From Candidatus Methylomirabilia bacterium (GTDB taxonomy: Bacteria; Methylomirabilota; Methylomirabilia; Rokubacteriales; CSP1-6): 29,716 nucleotides of DNA. The notes beneath the pieces were generated by a model that saw nothing but the letters and a program-made list of their open reading frames with translations, searched no databases and was not told the DNA's origin. Position numbers and translations under genes: made by a program. The stretch spans positions 1 through 29,716 of the forward strand of contig JBHIBG010000031.1 in NCBI GenBank assembly GCA_046758965.1, given 5' to 3'. Each line of letters starts with the position of its first letter. The stretch's first letter is position 1. This document shows, one piece after another, positions 1 through 8,268 of the stretch.

Positions 1-2
1 TG

Positions 3-650
3 CGCCAGGCCCTGCCCTTTGCGCTCCAGGGGATCGACTCCGACAACGGCTCGGAGTTCATCAACGCCCACCTCTACCGGTATTGCCACGCCCGCCACAT
101 CCAGTTCACCCGCGGCCGCCCCTACAAAAAGGACGACAACGCCCACGTCGAACAGAAGAACTGGACCCACGTCCGCAAGCTCTTGGGCTACGTCCGCTAC
201 GACTCCCCCGAGGCCCTGGCGGCCATGAATGCCCTCTACCGCCAGAATCTCCGCCTCTTCCAGAACCTGTTTCTGCCCTCTGTGAAGCTCCTCAAAAAGG
301 TCCGGGTGGGGGCACGGGTGCGCCGAGTCTATGACCGCCCCCAAACGCCCCTGGAGCGGGTGCTGGCCTCGCCCGCAGCCGATCCAGTCAAGGTCGCCCA
401 GCTCACCACCCTCCGTGACCGTCTCGATCCCTTCGCCCTCGCCCAGGCCATCGACCAGCAACTCGAGCGTCTCTACGCCCTCGCGGCTCACCCCCGCCCC
501 ACGGCGAAGCCCAAAGCGGACACAGATGATCTCACCCCCGGCGAGAAGCCAGCGGTCCGGGCTGTTTCCCAGAGCTTCGGAATCCCGGTCTACATCGGCA
601 CCAAAGCAACCCGGCGCCAGGAGAGAGTAACATCTTCAATGGCGCGATGA
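3..650 (+). CDS. Integrase-core (rve, DDE) transposase, 5'-partial
   Basis: Frame 3 is open from base 3: RQALPFALQGIDSDNGSEFINAHLYRYC...FTRGRPYKKDDNAHVEQKNWTHVRKLLGYVRYD. DSDNGSEF and HVEQKN provide the 2nd Asp and the Glu of the DDE triad. Confidence 0.9.
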   Translation, partial: RQALPFALQGIDSDNGSEFINAHLYRYCHARHIQFTRGRPYKKDDNAHVEQKNWTHVRKLLGYVRYDSPEALAAMNALYRQNLRLFQNLFLPSVKLLKKVRVGARVRRVYDRPQTPLERVLASPAADPVKVAQLTTLRDRLDPFALAQAIDQQLERLYALAAHPRPTAKPKADTDDLTPGEKPAVRAVSQSFGIPVYIGTKATRRQERVTSSMAR

Positions 651-684
651 TTCACTCCCGGCTAACATTCTTAAATGGCTTGAT
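627..684 (+). repeat. Tandem subterminal repeats (putative transposase-binding sites) at the IS end
   Basis: TAACAT(T)CTT(C/A)AATGGC(GC/TT)GAT occurs twice, 35 nt apart. It is AT-rich relative to the surroundings. Confidence 0.65.
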
Positions 685-746
685 AGGAACTCCCTCAGGA
701 GGACGGTCAACCGGATATTCCACTCCGGGCCTCTGCGGGCAACGGG

Positions 747-1832
747 TCACGTGGCGAATCGGATGGTGAGGATGTCGCCGTTCCTCACCCGGTACTCCCG
801 CCCTTCGAGCCGCACCACTCCCCCCTCTCGCAATTGGGCCAGGGAGGGGGTGGTGACGAACTCTTCAACGCTCACCACTTCTGCCCTGACAAAGCCCCGC
901 GCCAGGTCTGTGTGGATCTGTGCGGCAGCGTCGAGCGCTGTCCCCCCGTCGGGGAGGCTCCAGGCCCGCAGCTCGGTGCCGACCACGGTGTAGAAGGTGA
1001 CCAACCCCAGGAGCCGGTAGGTCGCCCGCACCAGGCGGTGGAGGGCTGGTTCCGCAAGGCCCAGCTCTGTCACAAACGCGGCCTGCTCCTCGGGCGGGAG
1101 GAATGCCAGCTCACCTTCCAGCTTTCCATCCACCTCCACCACTGGCGCCCCGGTAGCGGCTGCCACCAGCTCCTGCACCAGGGCGAGGCCCCCGGGATCG
1201 CTTCGGTCCGTATTGGCGACGTAGCAGATCGCTTTCGCGGAGAGGAGCCCCCAGCCCTTGAGTAGCCGCCGAGCGCCGTCATCCAGCTCGAGGGCGCGGA
1301 TGCCTTGGCCGCGGGCCAGGGCCTCACGGCACCGCTCCAGGACCGCCAGCTCAACCCGGGCAGTCTTGGGATCCTGGCGTGCCGCCTTCCTGAGCCGATC
1401 AAGCCGACGCTCGACGAGCTCCAGGTCGGCCAGCAGGAGCTCGGTGGTGACGACCTCAGTATCTCGTCGGGGGGCTGGTTCCCCCGCCACATGAGGGACC
1501 TGACCGGCACGAAAGCAGCGGACCACGTGGAGCAGGGCGTCCACGGATCGGATGTGGGAGAGGAACTCGTTTCCGAGGCCCTCTCCCCGGGAGGCACCGG
1601 CCACCAGGCCGGCCAGGTCAACCACCTCGAAGGTCGCCGGGGTCACCTTGGCCGGGCGCAGGACACGGGCGAGCGTGTCCAAGCTCGGGTCAGGGACAGG
1701 CACCACGCCCCGCTTGGGCTCGAGCGTGGAGAACGGGTATGAGGCGACGAGGGTATCGGTGCCGGTCAGGGCTGAGAAGAGCGTGGATTTCCCCGCGTTC
1801 GGAAGGCCGACTAAACCGCAGCTGAGGCTCAA
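747..1832 (-). CDS. ychF: Obg-family ribosome-binding ATPase YchF
   Basis: [37 protein letters not shown] and a C-terminal TGS-like region ([14 protein letters not shown]...[11 protein letters not shown]). TTG start. Confidence 0.95.
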   Translation of the reverse strand: MSLSCGLVGLPNAGKSTLFSALTGTDTLVASYPFSTLEPKRGVVPVPDPSLDTLARVLRPAKVTPATFEVVDLAGLVAGASRGEGLGNEFLSHIRSVDALLHVVRCFRAGQVPHVAGEPAPRRDTEVVTTELLLADLELVERRLDRLRKAARQDPKTARVELAVLERCREALARGQGIRALELDDGARRLLKGWGLLSAKAICYVANTDRSDPGGLALVQELVAAATGAPVVEVDGKLEGELAFLPPEEQAAFVTELGLAEPALHRLVRATYRLLGLVTFYTVVGTELRAWSLPDGGTALDAAAQIHTDLARGFVRAEVVSVEEFVTTPSLAQLREGGVVRLEGREYRVRNGDILTIRFAT

Positions 1833-1840
1833 TGAGCCAC

Positions 1841-1964
1841 TCGGAGGGGGCTATGGCCCCCGCCGCACGCGAAGCAACCTCGCCGGCGAGGTTGCGGAGA
1901 GCGCGAGCCGAAGGCGAGCGTACCTCCCCCCATTTAGCTTGCGCGGGCAAAGCCCGCGCTCGAA
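1841..1964 (-). repeat. Composite palindromic REP-like element, copy A (with internal insertion)
   Basis: Minus strand: TTCGAG-CGCGGGC TTT GCCCGCG-...ATGGGGGGAGG-[insert with perfect 22-bp palindrome GCAACCTCGCCGGCGAGGTTGC at 1874-1895]-CGGCGGGGGCC AT AGCCCCCTCCGA. Same scaffold as 16065-16131. Confidence 0.7.
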
Positions 1965-2135
1965 ACAGCCCAGGCTCGTGCGTTCCTCGTGTGGCTGGCC
2001 CCTCAACTCAGCTAGGCCGCTCGGAGCGCTCCGGCGTCGTGCGCTTCGCGGCCCGCCGGGCACCATCCGAAGGATGGTCGCGGCCGGATTCGCTCGGCAG
2101 GGCATCCCCGGCGCATGGCAGGCCCTTGGCTTTCG

Positions 2136-4106
2136 CTACCGGAAGAGGGGAGCGAGGACCAGGGAGACCACCGCCATCAGCTTGATCAGGATGTTCATTG
2201 AGGGGCCGGAGGTGTCCTTGAAGGGGTCGCCCACGGTGTCGCCCACCACCGCAGCCTTGTGGGCCTCCGACCCCTTGCCGCCAAAGTGTCCCTCTTCGAT
2301 GTACTTCTTCGCGTTGTCCCAGGCACCGCCACCGTTGGCCATCATGAGGGCCAGGAAGACCCCCATGAGCGTGGCGCCCGCCAGGAGCCCGCCCAGGGAC
2401 TCCTTGCCGAGGACGAAGCCGATGAGGACGGGGGTGACCACTGCCAGAAGCCCGGGCGCGATCATCTCCTTGATGGCGGCGCCCGTCGCGATCTCCACGC
2501 AGCGGGCCGTGTCCGGCTTGGCCCGGCCCTCCATCAGCCCGGCGATCTCACGAAATTGGCGTCGGACCTCGTTCACCATCCGGAAGGCCGCGCGGCCGAC
2601 CGCCTTCATGGTCAGCGCCGCAATCACGAACGGCACGATGCCGCCGAGCAGGAGACCGATGAGGACCCGGGACTTGGTCAAGTCGATGGCTTCGAGCCCC
2701 ACCGTCTGGGTGTAGGCGGAGAGGAGCGCCAGGGCGGTGAGCGCGGCCGAGCCGATGGCGAACCCTTTGCCCATGGCTGCTGTGGTGTTGCCGAGGGCGT
2801 CGAGGCGGTCGGTGATCTTGCGGGTCTCCGGCCCCAGGTGGGCCATCGTGGCGATGCCGCCGGCGTTGTCGGCAATGGGGCCGTAGGCATCCACGCTCAT
2901 CGTGATCCCGATGGTCGAGAGCATGCCGAGCCCCGCCAGGGCGATGCCATAGATGCCGTTGGTCTGGAAGGAGATGAAGATCGCCGCGCAGATGGCCAGC
3001 ACGGGGAAGGCGGTGGACTCCATGGCCGTGGCCATGCCGGAGATGATGTTGGTGGCCGCGCCGGTCTGGCATGACTCGGCGATGCGACGGATGGGAGGGC
3101 CCGAGGTGTAGAACTCGGTGAGAACGCCGATCAGCACCCCCGCGACGAGCCCGGAGAGGATCGCCCAGAAGGGCCCCATACCCACCCCGAAAGCCCGAAT
3201 GACGAAGAACGCCAGGATGAGGAGAACGGCGCCGGCGATGTAGGTGGCGTTGCGGAGGGCCGTCTGCGGATCCAGGCGCTGAAGCCAGCCCATGGAGAGG
3301 ATCCCCAGGGAGGAGGCCAGGAGCCCCGTCATGGCGATCACGATGGGCAGGGCCATCCAGCGGAGCGGTCCCTCCATGGTGGCGCCGATGGCGATGGCTG
3401 CCACGATCGAGCCCACGTAGGACTCAAAGAGGTCGGCCCCCATCCCCGCCACATCGCCGACGTTATCTCCGACGTTGTCGGCGATGACGGCGGGGTTCCG
3501 CGGATCGTCCTCGGGGATCCCCGCCTCGACCTTCCCGACGAGGTCCGCGCCCACATCGGCGGACTTGGTGTAGATCCCGCCGCCGACGCGCGCAAACAGC
3601 GCGATCGAGGAGGCGCCCATAGCAAAGCCATTGATGATAATCGGCTGCCCGTAGAGAAGGTAGAATGTCCCCACGCCGAGGAGTCCCAGGCTCGCGACGC
3701 AGAGCCCCATGACCGACCCCCCGAAGAAGGCCACTGACAGGGCCTTGTCCCGCCCCACTGTGTTGGCCGCCGCCGCGGTCCTCACGTTGCCCCGCGTGGC
3801 CGCCTTCATCCCGAAGAACCCGGCTACCATCGAGCAGCTCGCCCCCGAGACGAACGCCAGCGCGGTGAAGGGGCTGATGGCGATTCCCAGCAGGACGGCG
3901 ACCGCCAGGATGAACCAGGTCAGAGTGGTGTACTCCTTGCGTAGGAACACCATGGCGCCCGTGTGGATGGCGCCCGAGATCTCCAGCATGGCCCCGCTCC
4001 CCTCCGGCTGCCTGAGGAGGTATCGGTAGATCCCGAGCGCCAGGGCAAGCCCGACGAGGCCGACGATCGGGGCGAAGGGAACCCAGGACGAGGGAACCCA
4101 GGGCAT
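2136..4106 (-). CDS. hppA: Membrane-bound pyrophosphatase, K+-dependent, probably Na+-translocating
   Basis: [50 protein letters not shown] (Ala form = K+-dependent), ADLFES gate motif, [14 protein letters not shown], and many hydrophobic segments. GGAGG RBS. Confidence 0.96.
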   Translation of the reverse strand: MPWVPSSWVPFAPIVGLVGLALALGIYRYLLRQPEGSGAMLEISGAIHTGAMVFLRKEYTTLTWFILAVAVLLGIAISPFTALAFVSGASCSMVAGFFGMKAATRGNVRTAAAANTVGRDKALSVAFFGGSVMGLCVASLGLLGVGTFYLLYGQPIIINGFAMGASSIALFARVGGGIYTKSADVGADLVGKVEAGIPEDDPRNPAVIADNVGDNVGDVAGMGADLFESYVGSIVAAIAIGATMEGPLRWMALPIVIAMTGLLASSLGILSMGWLQRLDPQTALRNATYIAGAVLLILAFFVIRAFGVGMGPFWAILSGLVAGVLIGVLTEFYTSGPPIRRIAESCQTGAATNIISGMATAMESTAFPVLAICAAIFISFQTNGIYGIALAGLGMLSTIGITMSVDAYGPIADNAGGIATMAHLGPETRKITDRLDALGNTTAAMGKGFAIGSAALTALALLSAYTQTVGLEAIDLTKSRVLIGLLLGGIVPFVIAALTMKAVGRAAFRMVNEVRRQFREIAGLMEGRAKPDTARCVEIATGAAIKEMIAPGLLAVVTPVLIGFVLGKESLGGLLAGATLMGVFLALMMANGGGAWDNAKKYIEEGHFGGKGSEAHKAAVVGDTVGDPFKDTSGPSMNILIKLMAVVSLVLAPLFR

Positions 4107-4118
4107 GATGTAAGCCTC

Positions 4119-4694
4119 CTATTTCGCGCGCGAGGTGCGCTCTCCCAAGAGGTTCACAAGCTGTAAGGCGGCGGCGGTACACGCTGTCTCGATGAGGGGA
4201 AGCTCCTCCGGGCTGAAGCGGGAAAGGACATGATCCACCACCTCTACCTTTGAGGTGGGCCGGCCGATCCCTACCTTCACCCGGCGGAGGGCCTGGGTTC
4301 CCAGGTGCTCGATGACCGACTGGACGCCCCGATGTCCTCCAGAGCTCCCCTTCATCCGGACACGAAGCTTTCCGACCGGCAGGTCGATCTCATCATAGAC
4401 CAAGATCAGGTCAGCCGGGGCCAGCCCGCGGCCCTGGAACTGTCTGAGAAACCTCGCGACGGCCGCGCCCGACTCGTTCATGTAGCCTAGAGGCTTGAAC
4501 AGCAGGACCGTATCGGTCGCGTATCGACCCTCCGCCACCTGCCCCAGGCGCGAGAGCCGCCGGAATCCGCGGAGGAGATCACCCTGCTCCCGGAGGAGGG
4601 CCGCGAGGCGGTCCATTACCCGGTAGCCGACGTTGTGACGGCTCCCCTCATACCGCGTCCCGGGGTTCCCCAACCCCACCACCGCCTGGGCCAC
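4119..4694 (-). CDS. pth: Peptidyl-tRNA hydrolase
   Basis: VGLGNPG..Y..SRHNVG, KPLGYMNESG, GSSGGHRGVQS, VKVGIGRP. Lies directly after rplY. Confidence 0.95.
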   Translation of the reverse strand: MAQAVVGLGNPGTRYEGSRHNVGYRVMDRLAALLREQGDLLRGFRRLSRLGQVAEGRYATDTVLLFKPLGYMNESGAAVARFLRQFQGRGLAPADLILVYDEIDLPVGKLRVRMKGSSGGHRGVQSVIEHLGTQALRRVKVGIGRPTSKVEVVDHVLSRFSPEELPLIETACTAAALQLVNLLGERTSRAK

Positions 4695-4697
4695 AAG

Positions 4698-5348
4698 CTA
4701 GGTCTCTTCCTCCTCGGGCTTGGGCTTCCGCTCGGAGACAACCTCGGGCTCTGCGGGCAGCGCCTCAACGGGCGTCGGAACCTCCTCCGCCATGGGTGGC
4801 GCCACGGTGGCCACGGCCTGAGTGGGATCGTTCAGGATCCGAACACCGGGTGGCGGCGTCAGGTTGGCAACCGTCAGCACGTGGCCGATGTGAAGGGCCG
4901 AAACGTCGGCCTCGATCCGGTCCGGGATCAGGCTCGGCAGACAGGAGATCTGGACCTCCCGGAGGATCATCTCCAGGGTGCCCCCTTGCTCCTTGACCCC
5001 CACCGGCTCGCCCACCGCGTGGGTTCCGACGGTAATGGTGAGCGCCCGGTCCATGGTGACCTCCTGAAAGTCAACGTGGAGCAGGCTGTCGGTGACGGGG
5101 TGGAAGTGGAGGTCCCGGATGATGGTCGCGCGGGTGTCCCCGTCCTCGGTGAACCGGAGGTTCAGGAGCTGCCCGCTTCGCTCGTGTCCGTAAATGACCT
5201 TGAGGACATCCTTGGGATTTACGGTGAGGGCCACCGGGGATTGCTCCCCGTAAAGGACGGCAGGGATCAAGCCCTCTCGCCGGAGCCGCTTGGCGGCCTG
5301 CTTGCCGGTCTCTTGACGCCGGCTGACTCTGATATCACGTCGTTCCAT
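4698..5348 (-). CDS. rplY: 50S ribosomal protein L25 / general stress protein Ctc (long form)
   Basis: MERRDIRVSRRQETGKQAAKRLRREGLIPAVLYG...HPVTDSLLHVDFQEV...GVKEQGG with an acidic tail. AGGAG RBS precedes the ATG at 5348; the ORF-track start at 5675 is an over-extension. Confidence 0.93.
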   Translation of the reverse strand: MERRDIRVSRRQETGKQAAKRLRREGLIPAVLYGEQSPVALTVNPKDVLKVIYGHERSGQLLNLRFTEDGDTRATIIRDLHFHPVTDSLLHVDFQEVTMDRALTITVGTHAVGEPVGVKEQGGTLEMILREVQISCLPSLIPDRIEADVSALHIGHVLTVANLTPPPGVRILNDPTQAVATVAPPMAEEVPTPVEALPAEPEVVSERKPKPEEEET

Positions 5349-5451
5349 TCGTCTGCTCCTCTCACACGCTGAGGCGAGGTCCCGACCCTCGGCCGGTGGA
5401 ATATCCGCCGTGCTGACTGGCGCCGCAGGCGCGCGTGGTACGGCTCGCTCC

Positions 5452-6390
5452 TCAGATGAACAGCGTGGAGACCGATTCCTCGTCGTGAGTGCGTCTGATT
5501 GCCTCGGCAAGGAGGCCGGCCACCGAGAGTACAACGAGCTTGGGAACCCACTTCTCCGGGCTGACCGGGATGGAGTTGGTGACGATGACCTCCTCCAGGG
5601 GTGAGCTCTCGATCCGGGGGATCGCCGGACCCGAGAGCACGGGGTGGACGCCGCAGGCCAGGATGCGTCGCGCACCCTCCCGCTTGAGCGCGTCCGCCGC
5701 CTGGATGAGAGTCCCGGCGGTATCGATCATGTCGTCGATGATCACGGCGTCCCTGCCCTTGACCTCGCCGATCAAGTGCATGAAGAGGGAGACGTTGGTG
5801 CCTTCGCGCCGCTTGTCGATGATGGCCAGCCCGGCCTTGAGGCGCTTGGCAATAGCCCGGGCCCGCTCCACGCCGCCTGCGTCCGGGGAGACCAGGACGG
5901 GATCATGAAGGTCCTTCCGCCCCAGGTAGTCGATCAGCACCGGGGTGGCGAACAGGTGGTCCACCGGGATATCGAAGAAGCCCTGGATCTGGCCGGCGTG
6001 GAGATCCAGGGCGAGGATCCGCTGGGCGCCGCCGGCGGTCAAGAGATCGGCCACCAGCTTGGCCGAGATGGGGACGCGGGGTTGCACCTTCCGGTCCTGG
6101 CGGGCGTAGCCATAGTAGGGGAGCACCGCGGTGATCCGCTTGGCGGAGGCCCGCTTCAGGGCGTCCAGGATCACCAGGAGCTCCATCAGGGTTTCGTTGA
6201 CCGGCGGGCAAGTGGGCTGGATCACGAAGGCATCGGTCCCGCGCACATTCTCGTTGATCTGGACAAACACCTCGCCGTCCGCAAATCGAGAGACCTCGGC
6301 ATCAGCCAGACTGATGCCCAGACAGCGGGCGATCTCCTCGGCGAGAGCCCGGTTCGCATTGCCGGCGATCAGCTTCAGCTCGTACGCCAT
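5452..6390 (-). CDS. prs: Ribose-phosphate pyrophosphokinase
   Basis: FADGE, PYYGYARQDRK, DLHAGQIQGFF, VSPDAGGVERA and the PRPP motif IIDDMIDTAGTL. Confidence 0.98.
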   Translation of the reverse strand: MAYELKLIAGNANRALAEEIARCLGISLADAEVSRFADGEVFVQINENVRGTDAFVIQPTCPPVNETLMELLVILDALKRASAKRITAVLPYYGYARQDRKVQPRVPISAKLVADLLTAGGAQRILALDLHAGQIQGFFDIPVDHLFATPVLIDYLGRKDLHDPVLVSPDAGGVERARAIAKRLKAGLAIIDKRREGTNVSLFMHLIGEVKGRDAVIIDDMIDTAGTLIQAADALKREGARRILACGVHPVLSGPAIPRIESSPLEEVIVTNSIPVSPEKWVPKLVVLSVAGLLAEAIRRTHDEESVSTLFI

Positions 6391-6444
6391 GACGAGGCTC
6401 CTCCACTTCGTCGACAGACACGCGTCATTTCGGCAAGAGCGAAT

Positions 6445-6519
6445 TGGTTGGGGCGGGAGGATTCGAACCCCCGAATACGGGATCCAAAGTCCCGCGCCTT
6501 ACCGCTTGGCCACGCCCCA
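6445..6519 (-). tRNA. tRNA-Gln (anticodon TTG) with encoded CCA
   Basis: Reverse complement TGGGGCGTGGCCAAGCGGTAAGGCGCGGGACTTTGGATCCCGTATTCGGGGGTTCGAATCCTCCCGCCCCAACCA folds into a cloverleaf with T-loop TTCGAATC. This is the canonical position between ispE and prs. Confidence 0.97.
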
Positions 6520-6561
6520 ACAGTCACGGTCCCCCTTCGCCATCCCGAACGCCGTTCGCCG

Positions 6562-7461
6562 TCACCCCCGCACCGGTCGGATCGCCGGGCCGGCGATGGT
6601 CCGCGCAACCCAGCAGGACCATGCGGGAGTTGTGAGCCGCGTCCGGATCTGCCTGGCATGGTCCTGGGAGCGGGCCACGCCAAACACCGTCGGCCCGCTG
6701 CCCGACATCGCGGCCCCCAGGGCGCCGGCGCCCATCAGCGCTGCTTTCATCCGGGCCACGGCAGGGTAGCCGGCCTCTACGATACTCTCCAGGCTATTGT
6801 ACAGGGTTGCCGCCACGCGCGAGGGCTGCCGCGTGGTCAGAGCCCTGATCAGGATCTGGGCCCGGGAGCCGTCCCCCGCAAGATCCGGGGGGACACGCTC
6901 GTACACCTCGCGAGTCGTGAGGGGGAAGTTGGGGTTTACCAGCACGAGGGCGAGGCTCGGGGCATCCGGCAGCGGCTCAAGGATCTCGCCCCGACCTGTC
7001 GCCAGAGCTCGGCCGCCAAGAAGAGCAAACGGGACATCCGTTCCCACCTGGGCGCCCAGCGCGGCCAGGCGTTGGCCCGGCCAACGGAGCTTCCAGAGCC
7101 GGTTCAGCCCCCAGAGCGTCGCCGCGGCATCGCTGGACCCGCCACCCAACCCCGCGGCCACCGGGATCCGCTTGCGTAGCGTGATCTTGGCACCCCGCCG
7201 AACCCCGGCGGCCTCCTGGAGCAACCGGGCGGCCCGGAGCGCCAGGTTCCTCTCGTCTGTCGGGACTCCTGGCGCCTCGCTCCTGAGCGTGATCTCCTCC
7301 GCTTCTTCGAGCAGCAACTCGTCGAAGAGATCCACCCCCTGGAGGACAGTGGCCAGCTCGTGATAGCCGTCCTGCCGCTTCCCCAGGACCTCGAGCACCA
7401 AGTTGATTTTGGCAGACGTCCGAAGGGCAAGTCGGCGGGGGCTCCTTCGTGGCGCAGACAA
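6562..7461 (-). CDS. ispE: 4-diphosphocytidyl-2-C-methyl-D-erythritol kinase
   Basis: AKINLVLEVLGKRQDGYHEL, the GHMP motif KRIPVAAGLGGGSSDAA, GTDVPF and MSGSGPTVF. TTG start. Confidence 0.96.
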   Translation of the reverse strand: MSAPRRSPRRLALRTSAKINLVLEVLGKRQDGYHELATVLQGVDLFDELLLEEAEEITLRSEAPGVPTDERNLALRAARLLQEAAGVRRGAKITLRKRIPVAAGLGGGSSDAAATLWGLNRLWKLRWPGQRLAALGAQVGTDVPFALLGGRALATGRGEILEPLPDAPSLALVLVNPNFPLTTREVYERVPPDLAGDGSRAQILIRALTTRQPSRVAATLYNSLESIVEAGYPAVARMKAALMGAGALGAAMSGSGPTVFGVARSQDHARQIRTRLTTPAWSCWVARTIAGPAIRPVRG

Positions 7462-7468
7462 CCGCGTT

Positions 7469-7498
7469 ACCTTATCACGCAGGCTCTTGGGCTGTCAA
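7469..7498 (-). promoter_or_regulatory. Putative sigma70 promoter for ispE-tRNA-prs-rplY-pth
   Basis: TTGACA (7498-7493), 18-nt spacer, extended -10 TGaTAAGGT (hexamer 7474-7469). The TTG start follows 7 nt later. Confidence 0.6.
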
Positions 7499-8268
7499 CG
7501 GAACTGCTGAACTCTTGCATGATCCGGAAGGGTGAGCGTGAAGAGGTCAGCCGTCAGCCCCACGCCGACCTGCGGGTTCCGGTAGCGGATCGTGACCGCC
7601 AACGGACGGTTGAAGGCGCGGAGCGTCAGGCTAGAGGGCGGCCCGAGGGGGCTGCCGTCCGCGTAGATGATCCGGATCCGGCTCCGGCCCTTGCTCCATT
7701 CGACCTGGCGCACCACTGCGGTCTCAGGATTCAGCCAGATCCTCTGCACGCTCGCTGCCCCGGCAAGCCGGAGGGAGGGGCCGAGGTCATCGGGGGGGAG
7801 CAGGGTCGCGGTCTTGGACTCTGTCATCGGCAGGATGTGGCCGGAGAGGACTCCGACGAGCTCTCTCGGCTCCAGGGCCGCCCCGAGCCACCGCTCGGTG
7901 GTCCGGGCTGATGCCGGCCCGACCACGGCGCGGTTTTCCGCCACCTGGTAGAGAGTGAATCTTTCCGATGTCGAGGTCACGAGAAGAAAGGGTTGGCCCC
8001 AGGGGGAGAGGGCCTCGAAGCGGACGGAATCAGGGGCTTTGAGGAGGAGGACCCCCGAGAGGCGCTCGACCCTGCTGCCTCGGGCGATGGTGATCTCGGC
8101 CTGCGTCCGGAGATCCGCAAACCCTTCCCACCGCCGGGTCAAGGTCACCAGAAGGCGCTCCCCGGCAGGGGAGAGGGGTTGGGGGGAAGGGGTGGGCAAG
8201 CCGACACAGCCCGCGAGGATCACGGCCAGGATCGGCCGGACGACTTTACTCGGCCTTAGAGCGCGCAC
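7495..8268 (-). CDS. LolB/LolA-like lipoprotein (outer-membrane lipoprotein sorting fold)
   Basis: Lipobox ILAGC after a hydrophobic stretch; beta-rich LLLKAPDSVRFEALSPWGQP; C-terminal DLFTLTLP. Occupies the lolB position between the TPR gene and ispE. The GTG start at 8268 is inferred. Confidence 0.65.
   Translation of the reverse strand: MRALRPSKVVRPILAVILAGCVGLPTPSPQPLSPAGERLLVTLTRRWEGFADLRTQAEITIARGSRVERLSGVLLLKAPDSVRFEALSPWGQPFLLVTSTSERFTLYQVAENRAVVGPASARTTERWLGAALEPRELVGVLSGHILPMTESKTATLLPPDDLGPSLRLAGAASVQRIWLNPETAVVRQVEWSKGRSRIRIIYADGSPLGPPSSLTLRAFNRPLAVTIRYRNPQVGVGLTADLFTLTLPDHARVQQFR

Larger units (their letters stand above)
1..686 (+). mobile_element. Right-hand part of an insertion sequence (rve/DDE transposase, IS481/ISNCY-like); left end outside the window
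   Basis: Transposase ORF ends at 650. Two imperfect direct copies of a terminal motif follow (GTAACATCTTCAATGGCGCGAT 627-648; CTAACATTCTTAAATGGCTTGAT 662-684). The exact end is approximate. Confidence 0.75.

Noticed and set aside
1841..2135. Palindrome-rich spacer as a CRISPR array or small CDS
   Set aside because: No regularly spaced direct repeats and no cas genes. The overlapping short ORFs have no protein-like features.
4698..5675. Apparent N-terminally extended L25; likewise extended MmgE/PrpD, CitE, MaoC and LolB ORFs
   Set aside because: The extensions overlap upstream genes out of frame or are low-information sequence. Better starts, mostly with an RBS or stop-start coupling, exist downstream.
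6391..6519. tRNA-Gln as an integration site
   Set aside because: No duplicated 3' tRNA fragment or integrase nearby. The canonical ispE-tRNA-prs order is intact.
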